This document shows, piece after piece, positions 35,155 to 45,700 of a DNA stretch of 64,000 bases. Source of the DNA: a virus. The notes below the pieces were generated by a model. That model was not told the DNA's origin. It saw nothing but the letters and a program-made list of their open reading frames with translations, and did not search any database. Where the stretch lies: positions 1-64,000 of IMG/VR virus record IMGVR_UViG_3300043427_003610; one strand, written 5' to 3'. A program made the position numbers and the translations under genes. Numbering within the stretch: the first letter of the stretch is position 1; every line of letters begins with the position of its first letter.

Positions 35155-35755
35155 CCTCACCAACAGCATGGCGGACAAGCTGGCCACCGAGCTGTTGGCG
35201 GCTGGCTACCTGCTGTACTGGCTCTCCCTGGACGCCCTCCAGACCGCTGACGGGGTCTACCTGAACTATCAGGCCAACCAGGCCTCGATTCTACAGGACG
35301 TGGATGTGGCCGAGGAGCTGGCTAGCTCCAAGGGAATCCTCACGTTGCGGAATGACGACTTTTCGTTTCCGCAGTATCCGACTCGACCTACTAGCGATGG
35401 GGCTGTAGCTGCGCCGGAAGACATCCCGGTTCCGGCCATTGCCTTGCGCGTTCAGCATATGCCCAACGGGCGTCTGCTGGGCATCGGATCGAGAGAGCGG
35501 GCTCGCTTTGCGAGCCTTGAGCTATACGGTCTCGCGCGAGACAAGGGCGAACAGCTTTATCTGACGGACGTGCTTCGGGTGGCATTCGACGAGAGCCAGT
35601 TCCTTTCGGTCCTGGATCATGATGCAGGAACGCGAGCCTCCGTGGGAGCAGTAGAAGTGCAACGAACGGAAGTGGGCACGTTGATTTACCCGCTTGGCCC
35701 TGAGAGCAGGGCCTTTGAATTCACGTTGAACGCGCGCCTCCGTTACGAGGCGTAG
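35126..35755 (+). CDS. Tail terminator candidate
   Basis: Directly upstream of the tail tube gene; VPAIALRV...LELYGLA pattern. Confidence 0.5.
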   Translation: MALAAFTTSNLTNSMADKLATELLAAGYLLYWLSLDALQTADGVYLNYQANQASILQDVDVAEELASSKGILTLRNDDFSFPQYPTRPTSDGAVAAPEDIPVPAIALRVQHMPNGRLLGIGSRERARFASLELYGLARDKGEQLYLTDVLRVAFDESQFLSVLDHDAGTRASVGAVEVQRTEVGTLIYPLGPESRAFEFTLNARLRYEA

Positions 35756-35809
35756 GCAGAGTGATCGCCAGTCTCGTGACGCGATCGACAACCACAGGAG
35801 GATAGGGAA

Positions 35810-37300
35810 ATGGCAGTGACTCAGGTTCTCGGTACTGATAAGGCGCTGCGCCTTAACAACTACAACACGCTCGGACTCGTCCAGAACTTCAACTGGGCCC
35901 CGAACTTCAACGCGCAGGACGTGAACGAACTCGGTCGCACGACCCGCGTTGACACCCTGCTCGAGCTGGAGACCTCCGGCTCGTTCGAGCTGCAGTCGCC
36001 CGGCAACCTCGCCGGTGTGATTGCGCGCATGAAGTCGGAGTACTCCGCTGGCCAGTTCAACGGCTACAAGTACAACCCGGTTGCGTCCGGCGCTACGCTC
36101 GGTTCGAACGGCTACACCTTCACGCAGGACGACCTCGCGCAGCTCAAGTTCGACGCGATCATCCACGAGAAGACGGAGCAGTCGACCTTCAACCGCTCGG
36201 TCTACCTCGGGTGCTGCTACCCGACGACCATCTCCGGCCGCGTCGACGCGAACGGCATGGCGATGGACACCGTCAACTGGGCCGGTCAGTTCGTCGTTGG
36301 GTTCCCGACGCCGTACCATGACATCCGCTCGGTTGCGGCCAAGTACGCCACCAGCACGACGGCGACCCTGCTCGACGTCACCTACAGCACGGCCAGCAAC
36401 TGGAAGCTCGCCTACGTCTCGGTCGAGGGCATCCCCTTCACCGCGGTCGCCGCGGTTTCCACGGCGAACATCGCGAACCTCTCGGCCCCGGGCTCGACCT
36501 TCGCGGTCGGCACGCCGGTGGCTGGTGACCGCGTCCTCCTGACCGGTCAGACCACGACCTCGCAGAACGGCCTCTATCGCTACAACGGCGCGGCCTCGCC
36601 GCTCACGCTCCTCGCGGGCGCTGGCGCGTCGTACGCCGTCATGAACACCACGACCATCAGCCTCTACGGCGGTGCCTCGATCCCGTCCGGAGCCCACGTC
36701 CAGGCGGTGGTCTTCAAGGCGGTCTCGCCGACCACCAGCTGGGCCTCGGTCCACACCCCGGACACGATCGGCGCTGGCGCGACCCTCGTCAGCGGCATCC
36801 GCGGCTTCCAGGCGAACGTCTACATCGCCCCGGCCAACGCGGCGGCCCCGACCGGGACCGAGCAGTGGCTCAAGGTGCAGTCGCTCGACTACAACATCGA
36901 CTTCCGGGTTGAGGCGCTCCGCCAGATCGCGTTCAACACCCAGGGGTCCTCGATCTACAGCCGCGTCCCGACCTTCCCCTTCCAGACCTCGGTCAACGCC
37001 ACGGTCAACGAGGCGGATTGGGCCGACTGGAAGCAGCTCACGAACAGCACCAAGAAGGCCTTCAACTCGTCCAACGACTGGTACGACAACAGCTACGACT
37101 TCGCTCCGAACAACCTCGACTCGACCTTCGCGGTCGTGGTCGACTACCTGACGAAGGACGGCACCCTCATTCAGCGCCTGACCTTCGGCGACCTCCGGGT
37201 CGACGGGATGGGCAGCCGGGTCGCGGTGGGCGGCCGTGGCGAGATCACCTGGAGCTTCCGCGGGTCGCAGTTCACGATCGCGGGCACCAACATCGCGTAA
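35810..37300 (+). CDS. Major tail tube protein with inserted domain
   Basis: AGGAGG RBS, strong codon bias, LGLVQNFNW..QDVNELG tube-like N-terminus, following terminator. Confidence 0.7.
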   Translation: MAVTQVLGTDKALRLNNYNTLGLVQNFNWAPNFNAQDVNELGRTTRVDTLLELETSGSFELQSPGNLAGVIARMKSEYSAGQFNGYKYNPVASGATLGSNGYTFTQDDLAQLKFDAIIHEKTEQSTFNRSVYLGCCYPTTISGRVDANGMAMDTVNWAGQFVVGFPTPYHDIRSVAAKYATSTTATLLDVTYSTASNWKLAYVSVEGIPFTAVAAVSTANIANLSAPGSTFAVGTPVAGDRVLLTGQTTTSQNGLYRYNGAASPLTLLAGAGASYAVMNTTTISLYGGASIPSGAHVQAVVFKAVSPTTSWASVHTPDTIGAGATLVSGIRGFQANVYIAPANAAAPTGTEQWLKVQSLDYNIDFRVEALRQIAFNTQGSSIYSRVPTFPFQTSVNATVNEADWADWKQLTNSTKKAFNSSNDWYDNSYDFAPNNLDSTFAVVVDYLTKDGTLIQRLTFGDLRVDGMGSRVAVGGRGEITWSFRGSQFTIAGTNIA

Positions 37301-37320
37301 GTCACCACACGCGAGTAACG

Positions 37321-37354
37321 AGCCGCCGCCCCACAAGGGCGGCGGTTTCGTTTT
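37321..37354 (+). terminator. Intrinsic terminator
   Basis: AGCCGCCGCCC-CACAA-GGGCGGCGGTT then TCGTTTT. Confidence 0.85.
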
Positions 37355-37377
37355 AGGTCCGCCCGAAGCGACTTATT
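37349..37377 (+). promoter_or_regulatory. Class II motif CGTTT-N15-CGACTTATT
   Basis: Upstream box overlaps the terminator U-tract. Confidence 0.7.
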
Positions 37378-37439
37378 GACGACGGTATGGCGCACCCGTA
37401 GTGCGCAGGGAACACAACACGGCAGAGCCGGGGGAGACT

Positions 37440-38531
37440 ATGGACGAGCAGACGCGCAAGCGACTGGACAGCGTACTGGAAGACGAGCTGCAGCGGGGCT
37501 ATCGGATCAAGGAATTGCCGGAAGCGCTGCAGAAGCAGCTCGAGTTTGAATGCGGGGCCGCGGTATCGCGGGTCCGCTTTACGCGTTTGAACCCGGCCAA
37601 GCGCCGGAAGATCGCGCAGGTGGTTCAGCGCCAGTACCACAAGGACCTGCAGAACTCGGACATCCTGAGCCATGAGCAGATCCTGAAGCTCGTCCAGGAG
37701 CGCGGGGAGTGGAACTCCGGCATGGACGAGGAGATGAAAACCCTGCAGCAGTCCACGGCCCGGGACATGGGCGACCTGTTCGTGGACGGCGTCGCCCAGG
37801 ACAGCTGGACGATCGACCTGCTCGAGGCGGCCAGCGCTTTCCGGAAGAAGGTCGAGGACCTGGTGCCGAAGGCTGAGCAGGAGGCGGTCATTGACCGCTT
37901 CAACCGCTGGCTCGAGTACTCGCCGGACCGGAAGGGCTTCTACACCGAGCAGTATGCCGCCTCCCAGAGCAAGGAGGCCTACAGCCCCGATTACGACCTG
38001 CACAAGCTGATGCAGGAGGTTTCGGATATCGAGGCCGCGGAAAGCCTCAACACGATCGACGAGCTGCGGGACAAGCTGACCCGGTACGTGAAGCTCCAGA
38101 AGGACCGGCTCCGTCTGGCCGAGATGCAGCTCAAGCACGCCAAGATCTTCGCGGACTCGGTGGAGCAGCGCCGGGACAACGCGGAGGAGATGGCCCGCCT
38201 CTATTTCACCACCGAGGTGGTGGACGAGGCCGACAAGCCGGTGGCCCCGCTGGTCCCGGAGTTCGACCAGCTCTGGGACTTTCCGGAGCCGGTGATCCAG
38301 TGGTTCCTGGTCGAGGCGTACTTCTTCCTCAACGGCATTCCCGATGAGGCCAGGGAGTATCTGCAGACCTTCGGTTTTCTCGCGGCGGACGCGGGCAAGG
38401 AGACGATCTCAGCGAATGGGGAGTCCGAGCAATCCGCCGAATCGCCCGCTCCGCCGACTTCCAAGCTCGACTCAAGTCCTGTGGAGGAGACGCTCTCCGT
38501 CTCTACGGCGTCCGGAGTGGCTACGACCTAG
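37440..38531 (+). CDS. Tail assembly chaperone (G-like)
   Basis: Between tail tube and TMP; acidic and helical. Confidence 0.6.
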   Translation: MDEQTRKRLDSVLEDELQRGYRIKELPEALQKQLEFECGAAVSRVRFTRLNPAKRRKIAQVVQRQYHKDLQNSDILSHEQILKLVQERGEWNSGMDEEMKTLQQSTARDMGDLFVDGVAQDSWTIDLLEAASAFRKKVEDLVPKAEQEAVIDRFNRWLEYSPDRKGFYTEQYAASQSKEAYSPDYDLHKLMQEVSDIEAAESLNTIDELRDKLTRYVKLQKDRLRLAEMQLKHAKIFADSVEQRRDNAEEMARLYFTTEVVDEADKPVAPLVPEFDQLWDFPEPVIQWFLVEAYFFLNGIPDEAREYLQTFGFLAADAGKETISANGESEQSAESPAPPTSKLDSSPVEETLSVSTASGVATT

Positions 38532-38746
38532 ACGACGCGCAGATGACGGTGTTGGGGTACGCGAGGTTCTACGACTCCATCGCCTCCATGCTGCCTTCGG
38601 ACAAGCCGTCGGACGACGTAATTGAGAACGACGCCGAGCTGGACCGGTGGTACCAGAACTACGTCCGTGAGATGGCGATCAAGTCTGGAAAGAAGCAGAA
38701 GGTCGGGGGTGACTCGCAGGTTCCCATGTACGATCCATCCAAGTAA
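38348..38746 (+). CDS. -1 frame extension of the tail chaperone (GT-like); ATG-only annotation would be 38543..38746
   Basis: The -1 frame is open from 38348: ..AIRRIARSADFQARL..YDLDDAQMTVLGYARFYDSI..PSDDVIENDAELDRWY. Confidence 0.55.
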   Translation, partial: GQGVSADLRFSRGGRGQGDDLSEWGVRAIRRIARSADFQARLKSCGGDALRLYGVRSGYDLDDAQMTVLGYARFYDSIASMLPSDKPSDDVIENDAELDRWYQNYVREMAIKSGKKQKVGGDSQVPMYDPSK

Positions 38747-38748
38747 CC

Positions 38749-39756
38749 ATGGCACCTCGCAAACCAAATGAACCGGCACAGAGCGGAAAGCGACCGACGC
38801 GCGCGTCGGATATAGTGTCCGCGGTGGAGGTGCCGGTTGAATGGACGGTACAGTTTCGAGAGCGAGCACCTCTACCTCCGCCCGGGGACTTCACGATGAC
38901 CGTGAAGTTTCAGATGACCACGTCTGGATTTGATGAGGCGGCGGCAAGGTTGAAAAAGCTGATCGAGGCAAATGACGTGGTCGTGAAGTTGTTTGAGCGG
39001 GCCGTGTTGCAAAGCATCGTGGTCAATGTGCGTAAGCGCTTCCTCGCCAACGCGACCAAGGCGCTGGAAATGAAAGTGCTGGAGCAGAATGGTCTCAAGG
39101 TCCAGGTGTCGCCGCGGGAGCGCATGAATGACATCGACATGCAAAATCGCTTGTCGCAGGCTATGGCTGACCTCAACGAGGCGCAGTTTGAGGGAAAGGA
39201 TGAAGACACGATAGCTAGTTTGCGGGAACGCACGCTCAAGCTAGGCGAGCGGCTACGAAACCGCATGGGCCAAGATCCAAAAGGTCGCCCGATAGGTCAT
39301 CGATTGAGTCAGATCGCTGGAAACAATTTCCGGCGAATGATGCTGCGAATGCTGGCCCTGATTGTTGATGCGCAGTTCGTTCGCGGAGAGCGCAGCGGTG
39401 GCAGCATTACAGTGGGTGTTGGACCGACTTATTGGTTGGACCAGCTGGAAACCCCGTCGGCCACCATGGCGCTGACGGGGCTTCCGACCCGGTCCAAGTA
39501 CAAGTCGTTCTGGCGGCATTTGGAGTTCGGTACCGGTGCCAGGAGAAGTGCGGCGAAGGACAAGCTAAATCCAGGTGTACGGCCGCCCTCGACGTGGTGG
39601 TACGGCAAGCGGCAGAAGAACAGCTTGCTGCTGGAAGGAACTGCTCCGATGAACTTCCTGACTGACGCTGGTGGGCAGCTCTATCCGGAAGACATGACGG
39701 CGCTGGCGAAGGCACTCACGAAGGCGCTCGACGACCTCTTGTCGGTGAAGGCATAG
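38749..39756 (+). CDS. HK97 gp10-like neck/tail completion protein
   Basis: FWRHLEFGTG motif, GTAPMNFL. Confidence 0.5.
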   Translation: MAPRKPNEPAQSGKRPTRASDIVSAVEVPVEWTVQFRERAPLPPPGDFTMTVKFQMTTSGFDEAAARLKKLIEANDVVVKLFERAVLQSIVVNVRKRFLANATKALEMKVLEQNGLKVQVSPRERMNDIDMQNRLSQAMADLNEAQFEGKDEDTIASLRERTLKLGERLRNRMGQDPKGRPIGHRLSQIAGNNFRRMMLRMLALIVDAQFVRGERSGGSITVGVGPTYWLDQLETPSATMALTGLPTRSKYKSFWRHLEFGTGARRSAAKDKLNPGVRPPSTWWYGKRQKNSLLLEGTAPMNFLTDAGGQLYPEDMTALAKALTKALDDLLSVKA

Positions 39757-39765
39757 GAGAAGCGA

Positions 39766-42700
39766 ATGGCAACCTCTGGTTTGAATTATCTCATTTCGGT
39801 GCAGCTGGACCAGCTTCAGGGTCTCCAGAAGCTGCACGACACCATTGTTGGCATTCAGCAACTCTCCCAGAAGGGCGCAGACTTTAATGTCCGCGTCAAT
39901 GCGTCGTCGCTTAGCGCGCTCACGAGGGAAATCTCGGACTCTGTCAGCAAGGGCTTTGGCCGCGCGAGCGCCAACGTAGCCAGCGGCGGCACCAGCGGAC
40001 CCAGCGTCAGCGTCGACACGACGAAGCTCGAATCCTCGATCTCCCGCCTGGCCGAGGTGGTCGGCCGCATGGGCACTGGCGGCGGCGGTGGCGTCGCTGC
40101 TCCGCCGTCTGCGTCGCGGATGTCTACTGCGTCCCGCAACGTGCTGCGCGAGCTGGACGAAGTCATCAAGATGTACGACGACGTGTTGGCGCAGCGCGCA
40201 GAGATGACTAAGGAGATGGCTGCCAAGCTTCGCCGCTATGTCACGAAGATCAGCGATCCCGGGGCTGGCGAGGCGGGCATTCGCCAGGACCTCCTAGACT
40301 TCCGGGAGCGGGTGGCGAGCCGCGCTGGGCGCTATGGCGGCAGCGGAACGCCTGGGGTGGCCGTGGATGCGTCGGTGCTCAAGCAGGTCTTTGAGTCTGG
40401 GTCGCAGCAGCTTGCCGGTGCCATGCGCAAGGGTATTGAGGATGCCACCGCTGGTCTGTCCGCGGCGATCACCGATGCTGTGCTGAAGGGCTTTGCTGGT
40501 GGTGGCGGCGGAGGCGGCTCTCCTTATGCGAGCAGCCTTGGCGCACCGGAGGGGGCAGTAGCGCGTGTGGCCAACCGCTACCTGGGCGGTCTCAGCACGC
40601 GCGACCAAGGACTGTTTGTTGACGCGGCGGCTGGCGGCGTTATGGCGTTGCCCCAGCAGTACAAGGAGCTGCTCACGCTGCGTGTGCGCAGCACTGGGGA
40701 AGTGCTGCGGATCGAAGAACAGATCGGAGCGTTAATTAGGCGCCGCGGGAAGGGCCAGGATCTAGTGGCCTCCGCAACTGATGACCAGTCGCGTGAGCGC
40801 TATCAGCGGGGCGTTGACAAGCTTCAGGCCGAGATCGCGCAGGCATACCTCGATAAGGATAGGGCAATTACGGCCGCACTCAATCGTCAGATTGACTCGG
40901 CGGTAGTCCAGTACCGGGCGGTGCTCGCTGGACAGCGCGGATCAAATCAGATCACGCCAGACGAGTACAAGCGAAAGATTGGGGCGTTGTCGTACGCCGA
41001 CGAGCGTCGCCAGTCTCTTGAAAGCAACAATCCAAATATCAACCGGGAGATGCTGCTCCTTCCGGATGCTCTTGCGCAGTACATTCGCGAAACACTGACG
41101 AAGTACGTTGAGCAAGTAAAGCGCTTCAAGACCAGCGGCCAGGCTATCGACCCCACGCTGCTGAGTGAGCTGCAGTCGAACGACTTTTTGGCCAACATTG
41201 CTGGCAGAGCCCCGACAGACAACGCGCAAGCCGCGGCAATTCTGAAGCGCCTGGTCCCCGTTGCTGCCGAGTTCGGCCGCACGAAGACGACCTACGAGTT
41301 TCTCAAGCAGCGAGCGACGATTGGGCTACCGACGTTCAATCCAAATCTCAATGTGGACACTGCGCCGTATCTCCCTGGCGAGGACGACCCTGGTCGACTG
41401 CCGATGGAAGATCGCGAGCGGTATCTAAAGACGTTCCTCGCGCGTGGGGGCATGTTTGCGTCACAGACGGCGGAGCGCAAGGCGTACGCGGAAAAGCAGC
41501 TGGAGTTGATGTACCAGCAGCAGCGTGCGGGGACGTTGGGTGAGGTTGGCGAGCGTCGGTTGCTCGATTACCAGCGCGAGTTGGAGTTTGGCGGGCGGTA
41601 CTACTACCCGCAGTCTGGCATGGCCCGTGGCATTATGTCCAACGGGATTCTCATGGCACCGCAGGAAAGTGCCCGCGTTCGTGGCGGCGGCGCCCGGTCC
41701 GAAGTGATCGGCGGGTCGCTTGGAGCCGCGCAGGCTGCCCTGTCGAGCGAGACCAAGGCCGCCCAAGAGCTGTACCAGGCCATGGGCTATGTCGAGGGTG
41801 CGCTCGGCCGGGTGACTCGCGCTATTGGCGACCTGGGTAAGGTCAAGTTCGACCCCATCGTGGCGGAGTTCCAGAAGCTGTCGGCGGTCCTGCAGCCGTA
41901 CGCGGCGAGCCTGGAGCGCGTCTCGAAGGCGTTGGACATGCAGTACGCGGCCAAGAAGATCACGGACGCCAAGGCCAAGCAGGAAGCCGTCGAGCAGGCC
42001 AAGACGGCCGGGCTCGCCGACCGCCTCGCCCTGGCGCAGTCCCTGGGCATTTCGGTCGCAGGCCCGGCATTCGCGGCACCGCGCCCGGGCAGCCAGTCGG
42101 CCTCTGGAATCCCGCTCATCTCCCAGGACCCCGAGACGCTCCGCGCCATGGTGCTCCGCGGGGCCAAGCAGATCGCCGGGCTTCAGGCTAAGTCCCAGGA
42201 CCTCTTGTCCCTGGAGGCGGCTCAGCTCGCCGCCGGGCTGCCCTCCGCGGCTACGGCACGACGCCTCGGCCAGACTGGGGCACAATACAATGCCACCCTG
42301 GGCACCTTTGCGACGAACGCCTCTGCCCTGGCCGGAATGGACCCCAGGTTCTTCGGCCGCTCCTCCCAGGACGTTATTGCGGCGTCCAGTGGTCTGCTCG
42401 GGGCGCAGGGTCGGAGCGTCCAGCTTGGAGACGAGATCCGGGTCCTGAAGACGTCCTTGGAGCAGTTCAAGGAAATTCAGGGTGAACTCAAGCGCCTTGA
42501 GGGCAATAAGAGCGATTCGGCGAATCTCCGTCGGCAGAGCCTGACCGACCTTCGCAACAAGCTCGTGGAGACTCGGGACGCCTCGCTGGACCGGCTGCTC
42601 AAGGGCGGCGTGCTGCAGCCCGGCGAGGCCAGCTCCAACACCGCCAAGGTCCTGGACACGCTGAAGACCAAGCAGCGTGAGCTGAACGCCGAGGTGGCCA

Positions 42701-45700
42701 AGTACTCCGACCTGCTCCTTAAGACCACCGAAAATTCGGTCAAGGCGGAGATGGCCGGTGGCGGGTTCCTGGACCGGGTCATTAACAAGTTCCAGAATTT
42801 GTCGGCGTATCTGTTCGCTGGTGGTGCACTCTTCACCATTGCGAACCAGCTTCGTCAGGCCTCGGCTGCGGCGATCGGTCTTGAGGCGGACATCGCGCGC
42901 ATTCAGGGCGTGTTGTCCAGCAAGTCTGCCGGACAGGCCGGAATTATCGGCTCTGGAATCATGGGCGCTGCCTCGGATTACGGTGTTGACCTGCGACAGG
43001 CGGTGCAGTCGGGTAAGATCTTCGCGCAGACCGGTGCCACGCCGAGCCAGACCGTAGAGTTGACTCGGGCCGCCCTCGCCGCGCAGGTCGGCGCCGGGCT
43101 GGAAGCTGGGCAGGCCACCGAGCTGCTCATTGCGGTTGAGAACATTACGAACCGGCAGGTCAAGGCGTTCGACATTCTGGACCGCATTTCTAAGATCGAA
43201 TCACAGTACGCCGTGTCCGCGCAGGACCTGTCCAACGCGATCCAGCGGGCCGGGTCTCTTGCTACGCAGCTTCAGCCGCAGGCTCTTGGCGCTGTGGACG
43301 CGCTCGACCTGATTATCGGCAGCGCGACTACTATCATCGAGCGCACGCGAGTTACCGGCGAACAAGCCGCGACTTCGCTTCGCTTTATCATCTCCCGCTT
43401 GGCCGCTCCAGAAGTATCTCGTTCCCTGCAGGATCGTTTTGGTATCAAATTGGCGGGCGACGATCCGAATACCCTCCGGCCGCTACAGGACATCTTGAAG
43501 GACGTGGCGGACCGCTACCGTCAGCTCCGCGAGTCTGGCCAGACCGTGCAGGCGCAGCAGCTCCTGACGACATTCGCCGGTGCTCGCCAGTCCAACGTGG
43601 CGGCCGCGCTCCTTGAAGGCTTCAACGACGCGCTCCGTATCGCACAGGAAAGCTCGCTCGCGTACGGCGATACCCAGGAGCGTGTCAAAATCCAGCTTGA
43701 CACCCTGCAGTCGAAATTTGAGCAGTTCAACACGGCCTTTACTGGATTCGCGGCGTCGCTGTTCAATGACACCGGCCTGAGTGCTATCCTGAAGCGCCTG
43801 CTCGATGCTGGAACGGCGGGGCTTCAGGCTTCGTCAAGCGGCCTTGGAGCTATCGGTGTCGGCGCCGGTCTGGGCCTTACCAGCATGATCGCGCGCACAG
43901 GCTCAACCGCTCTTCTGACGGCGGCCACGAATCCGGGAGCCGCTAGGCTTACAACGACTGTCGCCGGTGGTGCCGCAACTTTGCTTGGTGGCGCGGGCTC
44001 CGTGGCCGCTACTGGCGGGACCATTCTTGCGATTGTGGGTGCCCTGGAGCTGGCGGCGCGGTCCCTCGAGCGCATTGCCAAGCGTGAGGATGTGCGCACG
44101 GCGGAACGGTTTGACCGCGATATGTTCCGCGAGTCGCCTTTCTTCCAGGCATACCAAGAGCGCGCGCTGCAGTTTGGCTTGTCTACTGACGACATGTCGG
44201 CGACGTTCCGTGCCGCGCTGACAAAAGCGGATACGCAGGTACAGAAGGAGCTGGCGGCGGGTACGCTGCGACAGGACCAGTCGTATAACAGAACGACGCT
44301 CCTGCTAGTGGAGGAGCTGGATAAGACCATTCCTGGATTTGCGACGCTGGGCGATCAGGCGCAGCGCACGGCTAAGGCGCTTGAGCTGCTGCGTGAATCG
44401 GCGCGGTATTCTGCGGCTATTCCGCAGACGTACACGAACGAGTTCATTAAGGACCTCGACAACCTAACGTCGGAATTCGACAAGAGCGCTCCCGACCTGG
44501 GCAGGGCACTTCGCAACTCGCTGACCGCGTACGCCGCACCTGGCGGAATCCGTAACTCGCTTGGTCTCCAGCAATACACGTATCGCTTCAATATCAACGA
44601 GTTCAGCAAGCAGTTTATGTACGCGGGTAGAAACTGGCTGAACGTCGGTGGTCTGACTGCGGCGGGCACTGGTAACACCTTCCAGAACCTAATTCGGCAG
44701 GGCGGCGTCGGCAATGAGATTGCCACGCTTGACAATTATGCGCGTCAGTTCCTGCTTGTCAGCGGTACGCAGCGCGCCCGGCTTGAAACGATTGAATCGC
44801 AGCTTCGTGCCCAGAACAAGCCGGTCAATGCGACGACCGTGCAGGGAGTCCTAAACGCAGACCGGAGCCTTACGGACGCGCAACGCCAGAACTTTGGGAC
44901 CGCGTACTACCGTCTTGGCAATCAGCGACAGTTGTCTGATCAGATCATTCAGTCAATGAACACGGCGCTCGGAAACGAGCGCGGCCAGCGCCTGGTTCAG
45001 ATGTATCGCGATAGCGGCGCGATTGGCACTGAGCCTGGTGAGGTGTTTGCCACAGCGTTCCGGTCAGCAATTGAAGACGCTCGTAAGAAGCTAATCGAGT
45101 TTGCGCGTTCCTCTAACTACTCCACCGCCGAGATTGCAGAGCTAAACGCTCAGCTGAATCGTATGGCGGACAGTTCGGGCCGTGCCGCCAAGATGGCGAA
45201 TCTGGCGATCACGAGCATCTCGGTTCGCGATCGTATGTTCGAACCGATTGTTGCGTACGGCAGCCAGATGGCGGAAATCGGGACGCGCGAGCGCATTTCC
45301 CGCCGGTTCGGAACATCATTTGACGGGGTTGGGGCTCGGTCGCAGGCGGCGCAGCAGTTGCTCGTGGGTCTTGATCAGGTGCCAATGCGGCTCTTGCAAG
45401 ACCGTATTCGTGAGGCGGCCCGCCTGGTCGCCGGTGGTACTGGGACGATGACGGCGGAGATCCCGCTGACGGAAGACGGCGGCGGGGCGCGTGGATCGCG
45501 GGTGCGTCTGACGGAATCGGCGATGGTTAATGGATTTCTGCTCGGCCGTTCGGATGACATCGCGAAGGTCAACGCGCTGAAGGATCAGTATATCAGCGCC
45601 ACGCAGCAGGGCCTGGGCGGATTCATTGAGCAAGGCATGAACTCCGACAACGCTCAGCTGGCGGCGGTCGCCATGAACTTGAAGGACGCCCTTGACGCAC

